DNA from: Nemertoderma westbladi
Lineage: Eukaryota > Animalia > Xenacoelomorpha
Assembly (NCBI GenBank): GCA_032718475.1
Contig: JAUCBJ010001053.1
Coordinates: forward strand, 1 to 34,505
Length of the DNA stretch: 34,505 nucleotides
Direction of reading: 5' to 3'
In this document: positions 1 to 12,387 of the stretch, in pieces
How positions within the stretch are numbered: the first letter of the stretch is position 1
How the letters are laid out: each line of letters starts with the position of its first letter
The notes under the pieces: generated by a model
Seen by the model: only the letters and a program-made list of their open reading frames with translations
What the model was told of the DNA's origin: nothing
Database searches by the model: none
Made by a program: the position numbers and the translations under genes

Positions 1-71
1 GCACGGTCAAGGTACCGGTGTATCTACGTTGAACTATCTTCCTATCTATTCTATTACCCTCTTTGTTTCAG

Positions 72-278
72 GCAATTTATAAGATGGTCGGGTCGGTTAT
101 GAAAATGCCTGAGGACGAATCTACTCCTGAAAAACGAACCGATAAAATATTCCGTCAAATGGATGTGAACGCCGACGGAAAACTGTCATTGGATGAATTT
201 ATTCAGGGCGCAAAGTCCGACCCGTCAATCGTGAGGCTATTGCAATGCGATCCTAGCGGCGGGGCCCAGTTCACGTGA
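72..278 (+). CDS. NCALD: Last coding exon of a neuronal calcium sensor (neurocalcin-delta/hippocalcin-like), containing EF-hand 4
   Basis: Polypyrimidine tract and CAG acceptor ending at 71, then [68 protein letters not shown], nearly identical to the C-terminus of NCALD/HPCAL1. EF-hand loop [12 protein letters not shown]. Upstream exons lie outside the window; exact paralog assignment is uncertain. Confidence 0.93.
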   Translation, partial: AIYKMVGSVMKMPEDESTPEKRTDKIFRQMDVNADGKLSLDEFIQGAKSDPSIVRLLQCDPSGGAQFT

Positions 279-2320
279 ATGCAGCGCCGTGTTTTCGTAC
301 ATTTAACGCTGGATGGCGCTGCGGCGGTGCGGTGTATGGCCTCGCTAACATTGCCAGCCTCCTCTTAACACGCACTTCTAACGAGACCGTAAAACTCACC
401 TATTTCTATATTATTATTATCTATGTTGACCTTTCAATTATCATTCTAGAAATTTTACTTCACTTCTTAATGTTAAACGATTTTTTGATTATCGAGTTTT
501 ATTATTAATTACTACGTGTGTGTTAAATTGTTCTTGAGTAATTTAAATCATATCATGATCACATTCCATTGTAATTAACTTTTTAGCTATTCAACCTGCA
601 ATCTTGCGAATTGCGCTTCGTTTTTCTTGTAGTAAATAATTATCTTTGTCTCGATTATACATTTTATTTATTTTCTTGTTTGACCTCATAGTTTTATTTA
701 GTTTTAATGTGGCTAAACTTCCTCTCGGGTGCACATGGTTTTCGTTTTATCATTCCGTGCGATGCGTAATCACCGTAACATTTTAATTGTTTTTTTTTTG
801 TTACTCTGTGTTTTTATCATTCCTCTCTGTCAGTGTCGGGGTGAGCATTTGGAAGCTGAACTATTTTAGCTTTGTTTTCGTTTTCATTACAAACAAGTTC
901 CATTCCTTTTAGGCCCTATGACAGGATGTCACGAACTGACAAAGTGCTAGTGTCGATTATTACGCCTGCAATACACAAGTTATCACTTTCCCCATATATG
1001 AATTATTGATTTCATAACATTATATTATTCAGGGAGCGACAGAATAGAATTTCATTACACAATAGAATTGCGAACCTTTGCTAATAACTTTTGGACTAAT
1101 TTCGCACAATGACGTAGGAGTTTTTGTAATTTCCCCACCCCCGCACAATCACGCAGCTGTTTTGTTTGCTCAACAATTTTAAATTAAAAACGTTTGGTGC
1201 AGTCTGAGTCCTTATTATTATATATTTAAAGCGAAATCCTCATTAACAAATAGAAACGAATTATTATAGATTCTATTTGCGTTATTATTTTTTATTTTTT
1301 CATACATATATCCTTTATAAATATAATATTAAAATTTTAAACATAAACTCTTAGTTAGACTGGACATAAAGCATTCCCATATATTGCAATAGTTTCCATA
1401 AATTATTCCGGTGTTGATTATTACGGTGTGCTAAAATATATAATATAATATGATAATATGCTTATTTTCTACATGTCGTATTCTAGTATTACCAAGTTCC
1501 AGCTATTAGTGGTTTTCGCTCTGTTATAATTTATTTTTCTGTTTGATAGGTAAGTAATATTTAGTAGTTTAGTTTTTACAACTAACACCTCTTGGCAGTA
1601 TTACCAATATTATGGCTGTGTCTCTCAACACAATAAGTCTATTCGCCCAACTTGCTGTCTAATTATTTATTTATTCCAAAAGGGGGTTCATTGGGATAAA
1701 CGTGGTACTTGTAAGCTACACTTCCCGGGCCTAGCAGGCGCGCAGATTTCACCCATATCTATGATGTAGTGCGCAGTGTGTCTATAAATGAGTACCATTT
1801 TAATTCCAGTTTAAACTCCTTGTTTATTTCGTTTGATACATGATTATGTTTAACGCCCTCTAGTGGAGCTGTATATAACAATGACACGATAAAAACCTGA
1901 CGAATTCTACTTTTCTACTACTTATTTTAACTTGCGAATTGCGCATGCTGCCTTAAGTTTTCTTACACTTCGTGCGAATAAGGTAAGAAAACATTCAACT
2001 TTAAACGAACTTTTAGGGTTACTAATCATATTTGTTCTAGGTGTTTTGCTAAATTATTTATTGTTGGATATAATAATTGATCAACCGTAAATATTCTTTC
2101 ATCGTGTTTACTTTGTATAAATAATAGATTGGTGATGTTATTTTCACACTAAACCTTATTTATTGTTATAATAATTTATTATCATTTGATTGATTTATAA
2201 TCTTGTTTTAAAGGTTGCGTTCACTTGAAACTGTATTAAAATACTTAAGTTAATTAGTTTTTGGCTGAAACTATTTAATTACGATCCATCGTTCTTAAGC
2301 TTTCAAAAATATTACTATTT

Positions 2321-2816
2321 ACATTGCATTGTGTGAAAAGAAAAGTAGCACTTTTCAGCCTTATTACCCGAGTGTATTTGTGTACCGAACGAGCGTAGCG
2401 AGGGAGGTTTACATAATATATAAATATGCAACGGGTCATAAACGCTAAATAATACCTGTTTCACACAGTGATGTACTACTGTTCCTAATTTTGTTACATT
2501 ATGTCAACTTATCGGCGTTCTGAAAGCCTAATTATCTTTAATATTGTAATGGTTGGGAATATATATTTATGAAATTCATATCGTTTTTATGCAATTAATT
2601 ACAGTTAATCTAACAACTGTACGATAAATAATCTTACACTTCGCTTACAATCAATGGTTTTTATTAATGGAGAATACTAAAGTAGACCTTTTCTAGAAGT
2701 TTATTGTTACTATGTTAAGATTACTTCGTAAGGTTTCGGCCTTATAGACCGCGGCACACCTGCTGCATTACGAGGTTATTACCAGAACGCTGATAAGTTA
2801 AAATAATGTAACAACA
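2321..2816. mobile_element. Non-autonomous DNA element (MITE/HINE-like, family unassigned), copy 1
   Basis: ~150-bp imperfect hairpin centred on CCGAACGAGCGTAGCGAG; inverted repeats at 2489-2520 and 2785-2814 (TTTTGTTACATTATGTCAACTTATCGGCGTTC); homologous to 12388-13096. Confidence 0.6.
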
Positions 2817-2819
2817 AAT

Positions 2820-2869
2820 ATTGCAATATTCATCAGAATTTCCCAATCCGAAACTGCGGATGCCAACAT
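2820..2869 (-). pseudogene. 50-bp fragment homologous to the 1080-aa membrane-protein gene
   Basis: 2820-2855 is identical to 9592-9627 (36 bp); 46/50 identity out to 2869/9641. Encodes VGIRSFGLGNSDEYCN versus VGIQSFGLGNSDEYCN in the gene. Confidence 0.75.
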
Positions 2870-4866
2870 TTTTTAGCTTAGATTTCTGTCCAGATTTGAT
2901 TTGAACGCCACCGCCTTAAATGTTTGTGAAGAAATCAGGTTTGCCCTCACCCGTTTAATATTATTGTTATTTATAATGTAGCAAATAATTATCTATCCAC
3001 CCCATAATTATTTATTGAGGCTGTTTTGGTATAATCCCTATTTTACACTATACAGTATCACGAAAACGGATTCAAATTAGTGTTTCAACATCCTTTTTCC
3101 CATTGCCATTAGTCAGTTAGCGATTCATTGGCAATGCATCACGCAGTAACATTTGTATTTGCCTGCCATTTCTACTGTTAAATACTTAAACTGAAATCCA
3201 AAACTGATATTGTGATAATCTGAAACGTAAATATATGCCTAATTCGGTATTTATTTATTTTCTGAATTTATTTCGTTATTTCGACTGTACTTACATAGAT
3301 CAGCCCATGTGAAGAATACCAGGATTTCACTTTTCGGTCTAAATTCTACGGAAATTTTATTAGATAAATTTTATTTGTATTTTTCCATATTTCTCCTTAT
3401 TAAGTGTTATATAGCGCATATTTATGTCTTATAACCTGTATAATAGATACATATTCGTTTATTGTTTTGGTTAGAATTAGACCTTCTGAAACCTGTGGTT
3501 TTAGTGAAACCTGGTATTCATCTCATGGGGGTAACCTGCGAAGTGAAATGTAACAGCAGAAACTCTGTTTTACTACACATGGGCCCATAGAGCGGCAAAC
3601 AGTACTAAATATACATTGTGGGGCGAACGACGAAAGTAAGCGAGCTTAGCATACAGGTACCACTAACTCAATCGGTGTGTCTGTTGCTCTGTTCTGTTGA
3701 TCTGTTGTGTCCAATTTTAAACGTTAATAACTCAGTCAAATCTCGATACAATATATCCAAACTTGGTAAATATGTAGTCTGGCAAAAGTTTAGAAATTTT
3801 TTAAACATATGTTTTACAGTACGGTACCGGTACTGTACGTTATAGATGGACGTTACAACGTTACCGTCTTCAGGTCGTTGGCGCCACCCACCAATCATGA
3901 TTGGCAACGGCAACCATGCAGCCATTGAAGTTTTGAAATTATGCGGACTTAAGACAGACTGACATATTGTCAGGTTGTACCAGCTGACCTTTATTCCATG
4001 TCCCGGTATCCACTACTGCACTAGGTACCCCAACAGCCCAATACTGCAATACCCAGCAACGTTTTGGAATTCTAGCGGTACTCAAACAACTCGCCATGAA
4101 GGCCGCCGCCTCTGTCTGTCGCAGTGTCGTTGGCGACCTCGACTTTTGGTATCGCTACTGCGCTTGCGCTACGGGCTAACTGGACTAACCGATGAGCGAG
4201 ACCCGAGGACTGAAGAATGCATTGAATTTTTTGAGTAGTTTGACTGGACTTCTATGACATCGATGCCAAGCTGCCAATGCAAAAGTTTTTTTTTAAGTAA
4301 AAGTTTGGTTAAATTTTCTTAATTATTTATTTAAATTTCTTAAGTACCGATTTTGGGATAGAATTGCTCAATTTTAATCTGTATCTAATAACTGACCCTC
4401 GTCCTGCGCGATGGCCCCACGAACGTGTAACAACTGCCTATCATTCAGTAGTTATGCCGCCTCAATTCAATCACGTCGTTGTGTCTGTGAGTCACAGTTG
4501 CAATTATCTCTAAATGAAAGGACCACAAGTAGGTTCTGCACTTCCGGGCAGCGCAGTCCATGGTACAATAATGGTGTGAAAAAAATTCAAAAGTAATCAA
4601 CTCTATTCTGAATTAATACAACATTTCATTTTCATAATATTGTAATTTTGTCCGTTAGTGTGGTATTACTACTTTCGGGTCCAATACCTACGTTCGGGTC
4701 CAATTCCAGCGCTTATAAACCTCACAATCTAGAAGATATAATTTCCAGTAGCTAGGTAACAGTACAATATACTTACATATTATTGTTTAGCTACACGTTT
4801 GTAAAATGTTCTAGAATGTGTTGTACTGTATTTAATAAATTTAAGTGACCTACAGCGGATACAAAT

Positions 4867-5310
4867 TAATGTTTAAATGGGATCAGAATTTTCGGGATTT
4901 GCGAGATCGGGATAGGGACCATCCCGGTCCCTATCCCGATCCCGAGAGTGATAATCCCTATCACTCTCGGGATCCCGTTTTTCGGGATCGGGATTGCAAT
5001 TTTAGATTAAATTCCTCATCAAAGTTAATAGTATATGTGGCGGGTTTTGGGTATCACTCACATTATCTTACACTTCTGAAATATCAGTAAGATAAAGATA
5101 TATTAAAATTATCTTACAATTAATTTATGGACATAAAAATTCGATATAATCAAAACATTTCCTTTCTGCAGGAACTATTTATTAGATATTCAACAAATTT
5201 ACTTAACTATATATTCTTCGGGATCCCGTTCCAATAATATCGGGATTGGGACCGGGATTGCATTTTTCCCGGTTTTTCGGGATCGGGATCGGGATCCCCT
5301 TTAAACACTA
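4867..5310. mobile_element. hAT-type MITE
   Basis: TIRs TAATGTTTAAATGGGATC / GATCCCCTTTAAACACTA (16/18); perfect 8-bp TSD ATACAAAT (4859-4866, 5311-5318); many subterminal CGGGAT/ATCCCG motifs. Confidence 0.88.
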
Positions 5311-6994
5311 ATACAAATACATACCACTTCCTAACGCCCACACCTATTTCGCAACAAAATTTAGATTATATTACTTGTGGAATTTATTCTTTCCTTCGGT
5401 ACCAATGACGACTAACTGCGGTGTAACTGGTGCAATATCCTCGGAGACACCGTTTTCAAACGCTTGTAGCTAAAGAATGAAAGCGAAAATAAAAATTGTG
5501 GCTCAGCCAGTCAGTAGGAGGGAGTGAAACTATCTCTGTTTCACATTTCATGCAATCGCGTAAGATTTGTAAAATTTGGGGATGGAGGGGAGGGGGGGGG
5601 GGGGGGGTGGCAAGTCACTGAATCACGACATTATATTCTAGTCACATGGTGTAATACACTTGTACACTGTTGAAATGTAATGAGTCAGGAGTCAGCCTGT
5701 TGTATTGTTTAAGGTAGCCTTCAGACCTATAACAGATCTATAATTACCCAATAAATAATGAGTTCAATGAGAACTGGGGCAGATTTGCTGGCAAATGATA
5801 ATAGTAGTTAGAAATAAATTTTTGATTCTATTGTGTTATTTGGACCTAAAATTACTTGGAAAAAATCCAAAATAATTTTAACATTATGGGGACATACAGT
5901 AATTCGGGTCTGAAACATTAGTAATCGATAGAGTGCAAATTTACAATCGGAATTAATCATAAATTTACAATCAAAGAGGTTGAAAATGTTTATGTACTGT
6001 ATATGTATATTTTTTGCAGTAGTCTTTTTGCTGATACGACTACCGTAGAATTACGTCGGTCGGCCATACGGGCCATCAGCCATTAACTCCCCATCAGTTC
6101 GATAGTGGTCAGAACAAAATTACGTGTAATTCGCGCAGCACGCGACATGAATCTATTGTACTTTATTAGTCAGTGATCGGTACTTTTTTGTCATGATTAG
6201 AAATAAACTATTAGTGCAGCATTTATTTAATATAATGAAATTGATTTTATATGAATAAATTAATAACCTATATAAATTACTCTAGTTTCGCATTGTTACT
6301 ACATAGGCCTACTGTACTTGCAATTAATTTAAAACGAATTTATTGTTTCCACCGGTGCTGTAAATATATAGGCCTACATTTATTGGTATTTTACTTCTAA
6401 ATAATAAATAGTAGGCCTAGAGTTCATTGGACGATACAATTCATTAGTCAACATCAATAAGGAGTGGAGATACAGCTATAATTATAAATTAGTATCTCTA
6501 TTTATATCAACCCGTATAGGAAAAATAATGAAAATGTCAGTTCTTTTTGCACCTTTGTCTTGTCAACTTCTACACAATTTAAATTATTTACAAGTGTAAC
6601 TTTTTTTTTCTACAATCTATCTAATTTTTTGGCTTATTGGTTCGGCCTTTCAACCATGAGTTCCAACTATCGAATACAGTAGCTAATGTGTTTTAAATGG
6701 TTGATGCTATTTTTATGGTTCAGCTATGAAGTGCCGATATGAATAGCTAAGGCGGTTCCATTAAAATTGTAGGCCCTATTTAATATGATTTTTGTGTGCT
6801 AAATTGAATCATTCTAGAAATATTTTTCAATTAAATTTTTTTGATTTTTTTAGAGCTTCAACAAGTTGATGTAAGTAGAGAATATTTCAAACATGATCTT
6901 TATAGCGTTATGACCCTCGTTTTATTACTGTATAACACATTACAATAATTGTATAATAATAATAATAAATATAAATATATAATATTGATGGGTA

Positions 6995-7000
6995 TTTATT
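6995..7000 (-). terminator. Candidate AATAAA polyadenylation signal of the 1080-aa gene
   Basis: TTTATT on + strand ~25 nt past the stop codon; AT-rich context, so weak. Confidence 0.35.
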
Positions 7001-7023
7001 GATAAATTATTTGAATTTCTAAG

Positions 7024-10000
7024 TTAGTTAACTGAATATGTTGAGTTAACATTTGGGTTCATTGATCGGTAGGGATTTTTTCTAGAACGCAGCATCATAG
7101 TAACCAAAAGTACAACAAGGAGTAATCCACCCACAGCTCCACATACGCTGATATAAACTACACGAGAACTCCTCAAAAAACTGAGGCCGGTTGCTTCTTC
7201 CATTTTATCCGATTCCGAGCGCGCCATCCTACCTGGGTTTCTGATTTCTACCACCAACGGTCTTTTAGCTTCCCCCAATTTGTTTGTCTTTGGTTGAAAC
7301 TTCAGTGGTCCTGTAGTGCTGCCATCGAGAGGCGGCGGACATGAGTACTCATTCGGCTTTATTATAATGCATTTGGAGAGACCAATCAGGTAGGTTTGGT
7401 TGATGTTCCATGTGTCCCATTCCGTGGGGTTCTTCCAGACGACGCTCTTCTTGGTTACATCCAGCTGGGAGCTCAGCGCTTGCGTCACAACGTTGGTTAC
7501 GTCATTGGCTTCGGTGACCACAAGATCCGGGACCATTGCGAGTGCCGGTTCTGCAACAACAGCCACGGTAAAAGGCTCTCCGAATGTCACAGTGTCTTCG
7601 CTACCTAAACATAATTGAGTTAAATTGAACTTCTGACTTTGTCCTTCGGCGTGCGATGATTCAGAACCGTCCCCAGCGTCGGATACCATCACAAAGTATT
7701 CATAACCAGCTTCGGGAAATCCTTGTAGCTGATAGCCTGCTTTCCAGAGCGCCGAATTCTCCATTCCAGGTTTCACAAGCGTAGTATTTTTCCGTATGTC
7801 ATAGACTATAGATGGATTGTCGTGCCGAACTAGTGTGATGTGAGCACCTCCTTTGAACTTAATAGATTTATCGATGGTGAATTTAATCCAACAATCTTGT
7901 CCAAATGTCACTTCTGTTACTACATTGTATTTAAGGTCAGTCACAGAAACGTCAAATGTAGCCCCCACGATAATAAATGGAGTGGAAACTCCCTTAGCTT
8001 GAGAGATACCGTTATCTACCATTTTAATTTTGTACTGTGTGTTGGTTGCAATATTTTTAGGTAGAAATTCGGGAATTTGGATGACAATGTGGTTCCAATT
8101 TTTCACGATGTTGTAGAATTTGTAGAGCTCAATAGTGGGATCATAGCTGTTGACGAGTATAACATCAACTGTTTCGCTTGTAGCTATCGTCGACGGCACC
8201 ATGGATGCGTGCATGATAAAGCTACCGTTAACAGCTACCTGATCCGGCACTCCCGTGATGCAGATGAACCCGGAGCCAATTAGAAACTGCCTACTGATGC
8301 CTTGAGCTCCTGTGCCTGGCGTTGCGATATCGCGCACCTTCACAACATAGGGGCCGTACGGAACTTTACATGTGGATCCAACTTTCCATGACAACACTAC
8401 AGGTGCTCTGTTATCCTTTGCAGACACATTGGTTTTTAAAGGGCATTCGATGCCAGTGTCAACGTTTTGAAGTGTGATGATAACGTTTTCCATATATTTG
8501 TTGTTGTGGTTGTAGTCGTACTGGTACTGAAGTAAAGCACCGAGAGTAGTGTCTGGGGTTTCTACTTCCTTTCCGCTGGAATCTGTGGGGGCGCGAACTA
8601 CTATGGTATCAATGATGAACTCGAATGGCTTCAAGGTAACTCCATGGAATTTGTGATTGCTTCGAGGAGGGTTTGGGAGTGCTGTGGCTTCGATCTTGTA
8701 GACTGTTGAGTTGGTTACTATTTTCTCTGTTCCAGATATACTCTTTGGCAATGTTTTCACAGGCCACGTATATTTACCAATGGATATCTGCTTGGTAATA
8801 TAATATAAGACTACCTTCTCGTTATTTTGGTCAATAATCGAAAGTGAATTGTCTTTGACCTCAGGCAAATTCGGGTATTTAAATGTGTTAATTTGGTAGT
8901 CGCCTCCAACCAATACTGGGACTGGGTCAAGTGTCACATTCATATAAGCGATACTAACGTTTAGCTGAAATAATCTTGACGTGTTGTCCCCTTTTACATT
9001 CCAGTAGTTGGACCCACTGACCATATATGTACCGCTATCCGATACCTCAGCACTTGCCAAGAAATAGTTCCAACGTGTAGCTTGTGATTGTGTCCCATCT
9101 TGCGATTTCGGAGGTTTCAAGGGCAATTCAATCGTAACCAAGGGCACTCCTGAGATCGGCATTGTCACGGTTATCGCATCTTCAGTTAAAGCTTTAACGG
9201 GATCAACCACTGGTACGGCAAGGTTCATCTTGTAGCAAGGCGGCGTAAACAATGCGGGATCGATAACGATGGACGAGTCACACGATTGGCAACTTCTAAT
9301 CTTCTTCTCTATTCCCTGGCATAAACAGTGATTCCTATCGGCATAAGGGTATCCGGGATCACAGTTGCAAATACCATGAATGCAATAGTTCAGAACGTCG
9401 TAGATTTCACCTGGAGGACACTCTTGGTTGCATTTACTAAACTCTTTGCGGTTTGTGAGATATTCATTGCATATCTTGGTTGCTCTTTCCTCTGTGCTTG
9501 CGTTGGGACACCCGTGCCCAGCAACACTGACGGACTTACCAAAATATTGTACTGGAATTTGGCATTTGTTACTCGGTTGGTTTAAATCTGGATTGCAATA
9601 TTCATCAGAATTTCCCAATCCGAAACTTTGGATTCCTACATAGAAATCGTGGAAACGAACCGTCCATGTAGGTGTTAGTATTTCATAAAAATGAGCACCC
9701 TTTTCGAAACTGAAATAGACCAAACAGTTGAGTTCTTCATTTTCGCAACCAGCGCAAGGTATTTCCCCTGATTTAGGATGAATGACTTTACCGTTCAATG
9801 TGATGCCTGTCGCTCTTTTGTACTCTAATACCAGATCCAAGGCCGTAACAGTAATGTGTTCAATTCTTCCGCCGGTTCCCAACGTTACCTTTACTAGCGG
9901 TGCTCCCATCTTGTAGCTCCCCATCAGATAGGAACACCCCACCACCGCTTTCGTTTCCCCTATCTTGGGAGACAATTCATTGGTCACCCTCACACGAGTG

Positions 10001-10266
10001 CCGGTCATATCCATGGTACACTTTGTCGACGACGTGTTCTGCCTATTCTTTATGCGAAGCATCTTATCCCGCAATCCGTATTGAAAGCTTGGTAGATCAC
10101 CCAAACAAGCGTAGTTGTTGCATGGGGTATCAGTTTCGGCACCATCTTCAGACAACATGTAACCTCCACCACAACCCCGACTGCACACTCCGTAATCAAG
10201 CGATTCCACCGCCAATGTAGCAACCACGAAGCCCAGGACCAGTGTCCCAAAGATAATTAACCTCAT
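7024..10266 (-). CDS. Single-exon type-I membrane protein: signal peptide, TSP1-like, divergent VWD + C8-like, several Ig-like beta-sandwich repeats, TM helix, short cytoplasmic tail
   Basis: Uninterrupted 1080-aa ORF. Signal peptide MRLIIFGTLVLGFVVATLA; CSRGCGGG...PCNNYAC (TSP1-like); C8-like Cys pattern (KICNEYL..FSKC..YCIHGICNC..CLCQGI..SCQSC); ~110-aa repeats ending Y-x-(I/V)-x-(V/M)-x-D...G-x-S-x-x-F-x-(I/L); TM VVYISVCGAVGGLLLVVLLVTMML followed by RSRK. Confidence 0.88.
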   Translation of the reverse strand: MRLIIFGTLVLGFVVATLAVESLDYGVCSRGCGGGYMLSEDGAETDTPCNNYACLGDLPSFQYGLRDKMLRIKNRQNTSSTKCTMDMTGTRVRVTNELSPKIGETKAVVGCSYLMGSYKMGAPLVKVTLGTGGRIEHITVTALDLVLEYKRATGITLNGKVIHPKSGEIPCAGCENEELNCLVYFSFEKGAHFYEILTPTWTVRFHDFYVGIQSFGLGNSDEYCNPDLNQPSNKCQIPVQYFGKSVSVAGHGCPNASTEERATKICNEYLTNRKEFSKCNQECPPGEIYDVLNYCIHGICNCDPGYPYADRNHCLCQGIEKKIRSCQSCDSSIVIDPALFTPPCYKMNLAVPVVDPVKALTEDAITVTMPISGVPLVTIELPLKPPKSQDGTQSQATRWNYFLASAEVSDSGTYMVSGSNYWNVKGDNTSRLFQLNVSIAYMNVTLDPVPVLVGGDYQINTFKYPNLPEVKDNSLSIIDQNNEKVVLYYITKQISIGKYTWPVKTLPKSISGTEKIVTNSTVYKIEATALPNPPRSNHKFHGVTLKPFEFIIDTIVVRAPTDSSGKEVETPDTTLGALLQYQYDYNHNNKYMENVIITLQNVDTGIECPLKTNVSAKDNRAPVVLSWKVGSTCKVPYGPYVVKVRDIATPGTGAQGISRQFLIGSGFICITGVPDQVAVNGSFIMHASMVPSTIATSETVDVILVNSYDPTIELYKFYNIVKNWNHIVIQIPEFLPKNIATNTQYKIKMVDNGISQAKGVSTPFIIVGATFDVSVTDLKYNVVTEVTFGQDCWIKFTIDKSIKFKGGAHITLVRHDNPSIVYDIRKNTTLVKPGMENSALWKAGYQLQGFPEAGYEYFVMVSDAGDGSESSHAEGQSQKFNLTQLCLGSEDTVTFGEPFTVAVVAEPALAMVPDLVVTEANDVTNVVTQALSSQLDVTKKSVVWKNPTEWDTWNINQTYLIGLSKCIIIKPNEYSCPPPLDGSTTGPLKFQPKTNKLGEAKRPLVVEIRNPGRMARSESDKMEEATGLSFLRSSRVVYISVCGAVGGLLLVVLLVTMMLRSRKNPYRSMNPNVNSTYSVN

Positions 10267-10375
10267 TGTTTATTGCTACTATTGTCTGATGTTGAAATAT
10301 TAATTTCTACAAGGTAATTTTTAAAAATATAACTTTCAAAATGAGGGAGAGTTGAAGGTATTGGGTTACACGCCC

Positions 10376-10382
10376 TTTTATA
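10376..10382 (-). promoter_or_regulatory. TATA box (TATAAAA) of the 1080-aa gene
   Basis: Minus strand reads TATAAAAGGGCG, ~110 bp upstream of the ATG at 10266. Confidence 0.55.
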
Positions 10383-11051
10383 CACATTAAAGGTAATTTC
10401 CAATTTGTCACGGGATCTCTTATCAATCTAGGTAAATATTAGCAGAACATCATCATGGAAAGAGGATGAGGGAATTTTTTTTACCGTAGATTAAGTATAC
10501 TACTCTATAGAAAATGTAAAGTTAATCAAACAAAAAGTTCAAAGAACAAGGGAAATTACAAGTGACCTGGCAACAACGCAATCATATAACACCTGTTGTA
10601 GATAACCCTCCATCCTATAATGTACCTTTATTATAACATGAACTACTGAATATCACGTTTTACTTCGGGTATTTTCCGTTATAAACATGTGCCTGTTTAG
10701 AGATTTTAAGCTTTCCATGCATTTTTTAAACTGCAATTTGAAGTTAGTAGTGCGTCAGCTACGATGCACTCATTGTGCTTTGTTCAATGCCTCTCGCAGG
10801 TCTAGAATACGTTGGACTGTCAGGCCCAGGGTATCTTATTATGCTTCCATGGCCTCAGAGGAACTTGCAGCTGCTGTAATTTCACTGCTGCAGCATACTT
10901 TGTTTTAAAAAAAAAGTTTTTTTTATCCGTAAAAAAACAAAAAAAAACAGTGTTTCGAAACATGTGTTTAAAACAACCCTTGTGTTTTTTAAACCCTAAT
11001 TATTTTAATGATCAAATAATAATAATACACTAAATTTAGCTCACGTTAAAC

Positions 11052-11368
11052 TGGTGACCCAGACGCCGAACTCATTTTACAAAACAAAAACACACGCGAT
11101 GGATCAAAACGACATACAGCTACTAGCCCAGGCCTTCAAAAACCTAACAACGCATCGCCTGTCACTGATCCATCTCCTGCACCAGTAATTTCGTCCGTTT
11201 CTGTCAAACTCCCTGTGTTCTGGACAGTCGAACCAGAAGTTTGGTTTGCTCAAGTGGAGGCGCAGGTTGAAACGGGAACACCCCCGATTACTGTCAACAA
11301 GACAAAGTTTAATTACATCGTTGCAGCTCTGGACAATGCCAACTGCTAAAGAAGTTAGATCGATTATT

Positions 11369-11370
<2 letters not shown>
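11052..11370 (+). mobile_element. gag: Ty3/Gypsy LTR-retrotransposon remnant: primer-binding site plus frameshifted gag N-terminus
   Basis: PBS-like TGGTGACCCAGACG at 11052; ATG at 11099; after a frameshift reads SVSVKLPVFWTVEPEVWFAQVEAQV...ITVNKTKFNYIVAALD, the typical Gypsy gag N-terminal motif. Truncated at an (ATT)n(TA)n tract; no LTR recognised. Confidence 0.82.
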
Positions 11371-11400
<30 letters not shown>

Positions 11401-11401
11401 A
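11363..11401. repeat. (ATT)n(TA)n microsatellite
   Basis: Directly visible. Confidence 0.9.
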
Positions 11402-12387
11402 GCTTTCCCACTATTAGGGCCACCTTTTAAAGGTCCAATGGCCCTTAAATGGCCTTGGGCTTGGAGCAATGGCCCTAATCCTACTACGATGGCCCAAAAG
11501 GTACACGTCCTCTTAGGGCAAATATGGCCCACCTAGAACAAAATGGCCCAATCTAGGCATAATGGCCCAAAATAAACAATTACAAGGAAATTGCCTTTAG
11601 TTCTTATGAATTTAACTTGCACCCCTAGCGGTAAACAATAGTATTTATTATCAATTTAATTCTACAGCCAAAAATGCCTTTGCAGATATTTTAAAAAATA
11701 TATATATCTCCAATAACGCATACAATTCACTTTTGTGTAATTTCTGATTATGAGTTGTACAATAAGTAGTTTTTAGACGATTTTAAGTCTTTCGTTATAG
11801 ATAATTATTATCACTTATGACCGACAGTCAAAAACGCGGATGTGATTTCTCGAGTTAATGGCGCAAAGTGACCGGAAGCACACAAATTGTGTTTTTTAGA
11901 TGATTTAAAAAATTAATTTATTTAAATTTCAAACATTAGTGGCGGTGTTTTCTACCCAAAACAATAAACAATACCTTTTCACTAATGGTCAATTTGCGCC
12001 ACTATTTGGATGTCTCAGCCGTTTGAAGATCGAAACTTGTGCAAACAAAATATGTTAAATTGTTTTAACGTTAAAAAGAGCGTTTAAAATTTGTGCTTTT
12101 TTAAGAAATAATGTATGACCGTTCGGTACCTCTAGGGAGGATAACTTATCACTATTTCGCGTACTATACACTTCATTATTAACATTTTGTCATTGGTGGG
12201 GGATTAGTTTATAGACTAGCCTAAATACATCTTACGACCCCTACGAATTCCATCCCCCACCAGTAATTATTATATTGGAGACATAAATATAGACGTTTTG
12301 CCTCTTACCCTAATGTAACAATTATCTATAGGCCTATTAAATATAATGTGAATTTTATCCCGTATTATTTAAATCTAATAAATATTT

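Noticed and set aside
63-71. TTG start of a 71-aa protein
   Set aside because: It lies in the splice-acceptor tract; the ORF is a terminal exon.
3618-4596. GC-richer block with short ORFs and PBS-like TGGCG motifs
   Set aside because: No recognisable protein motif, LTR pair or TIR; no call can be supported.
4845-5090. 81-aa Arg/Asp-rich ORF
   Set aside because: Translation of the hAT MITE CGGGAT repeats.
7396-10250. Short ORFs overlapping the 1080-aa gene (and likewise those overlapping the RT and pPolB genes)
   Set aside because: Antisense or alternate-frame shadows with no recognisable motifs.
11104-11532. 142-aa minus-strand ORF
   Set aside because: Spans the antisense gag remnant, a microsatellite and an unrelated repeat.
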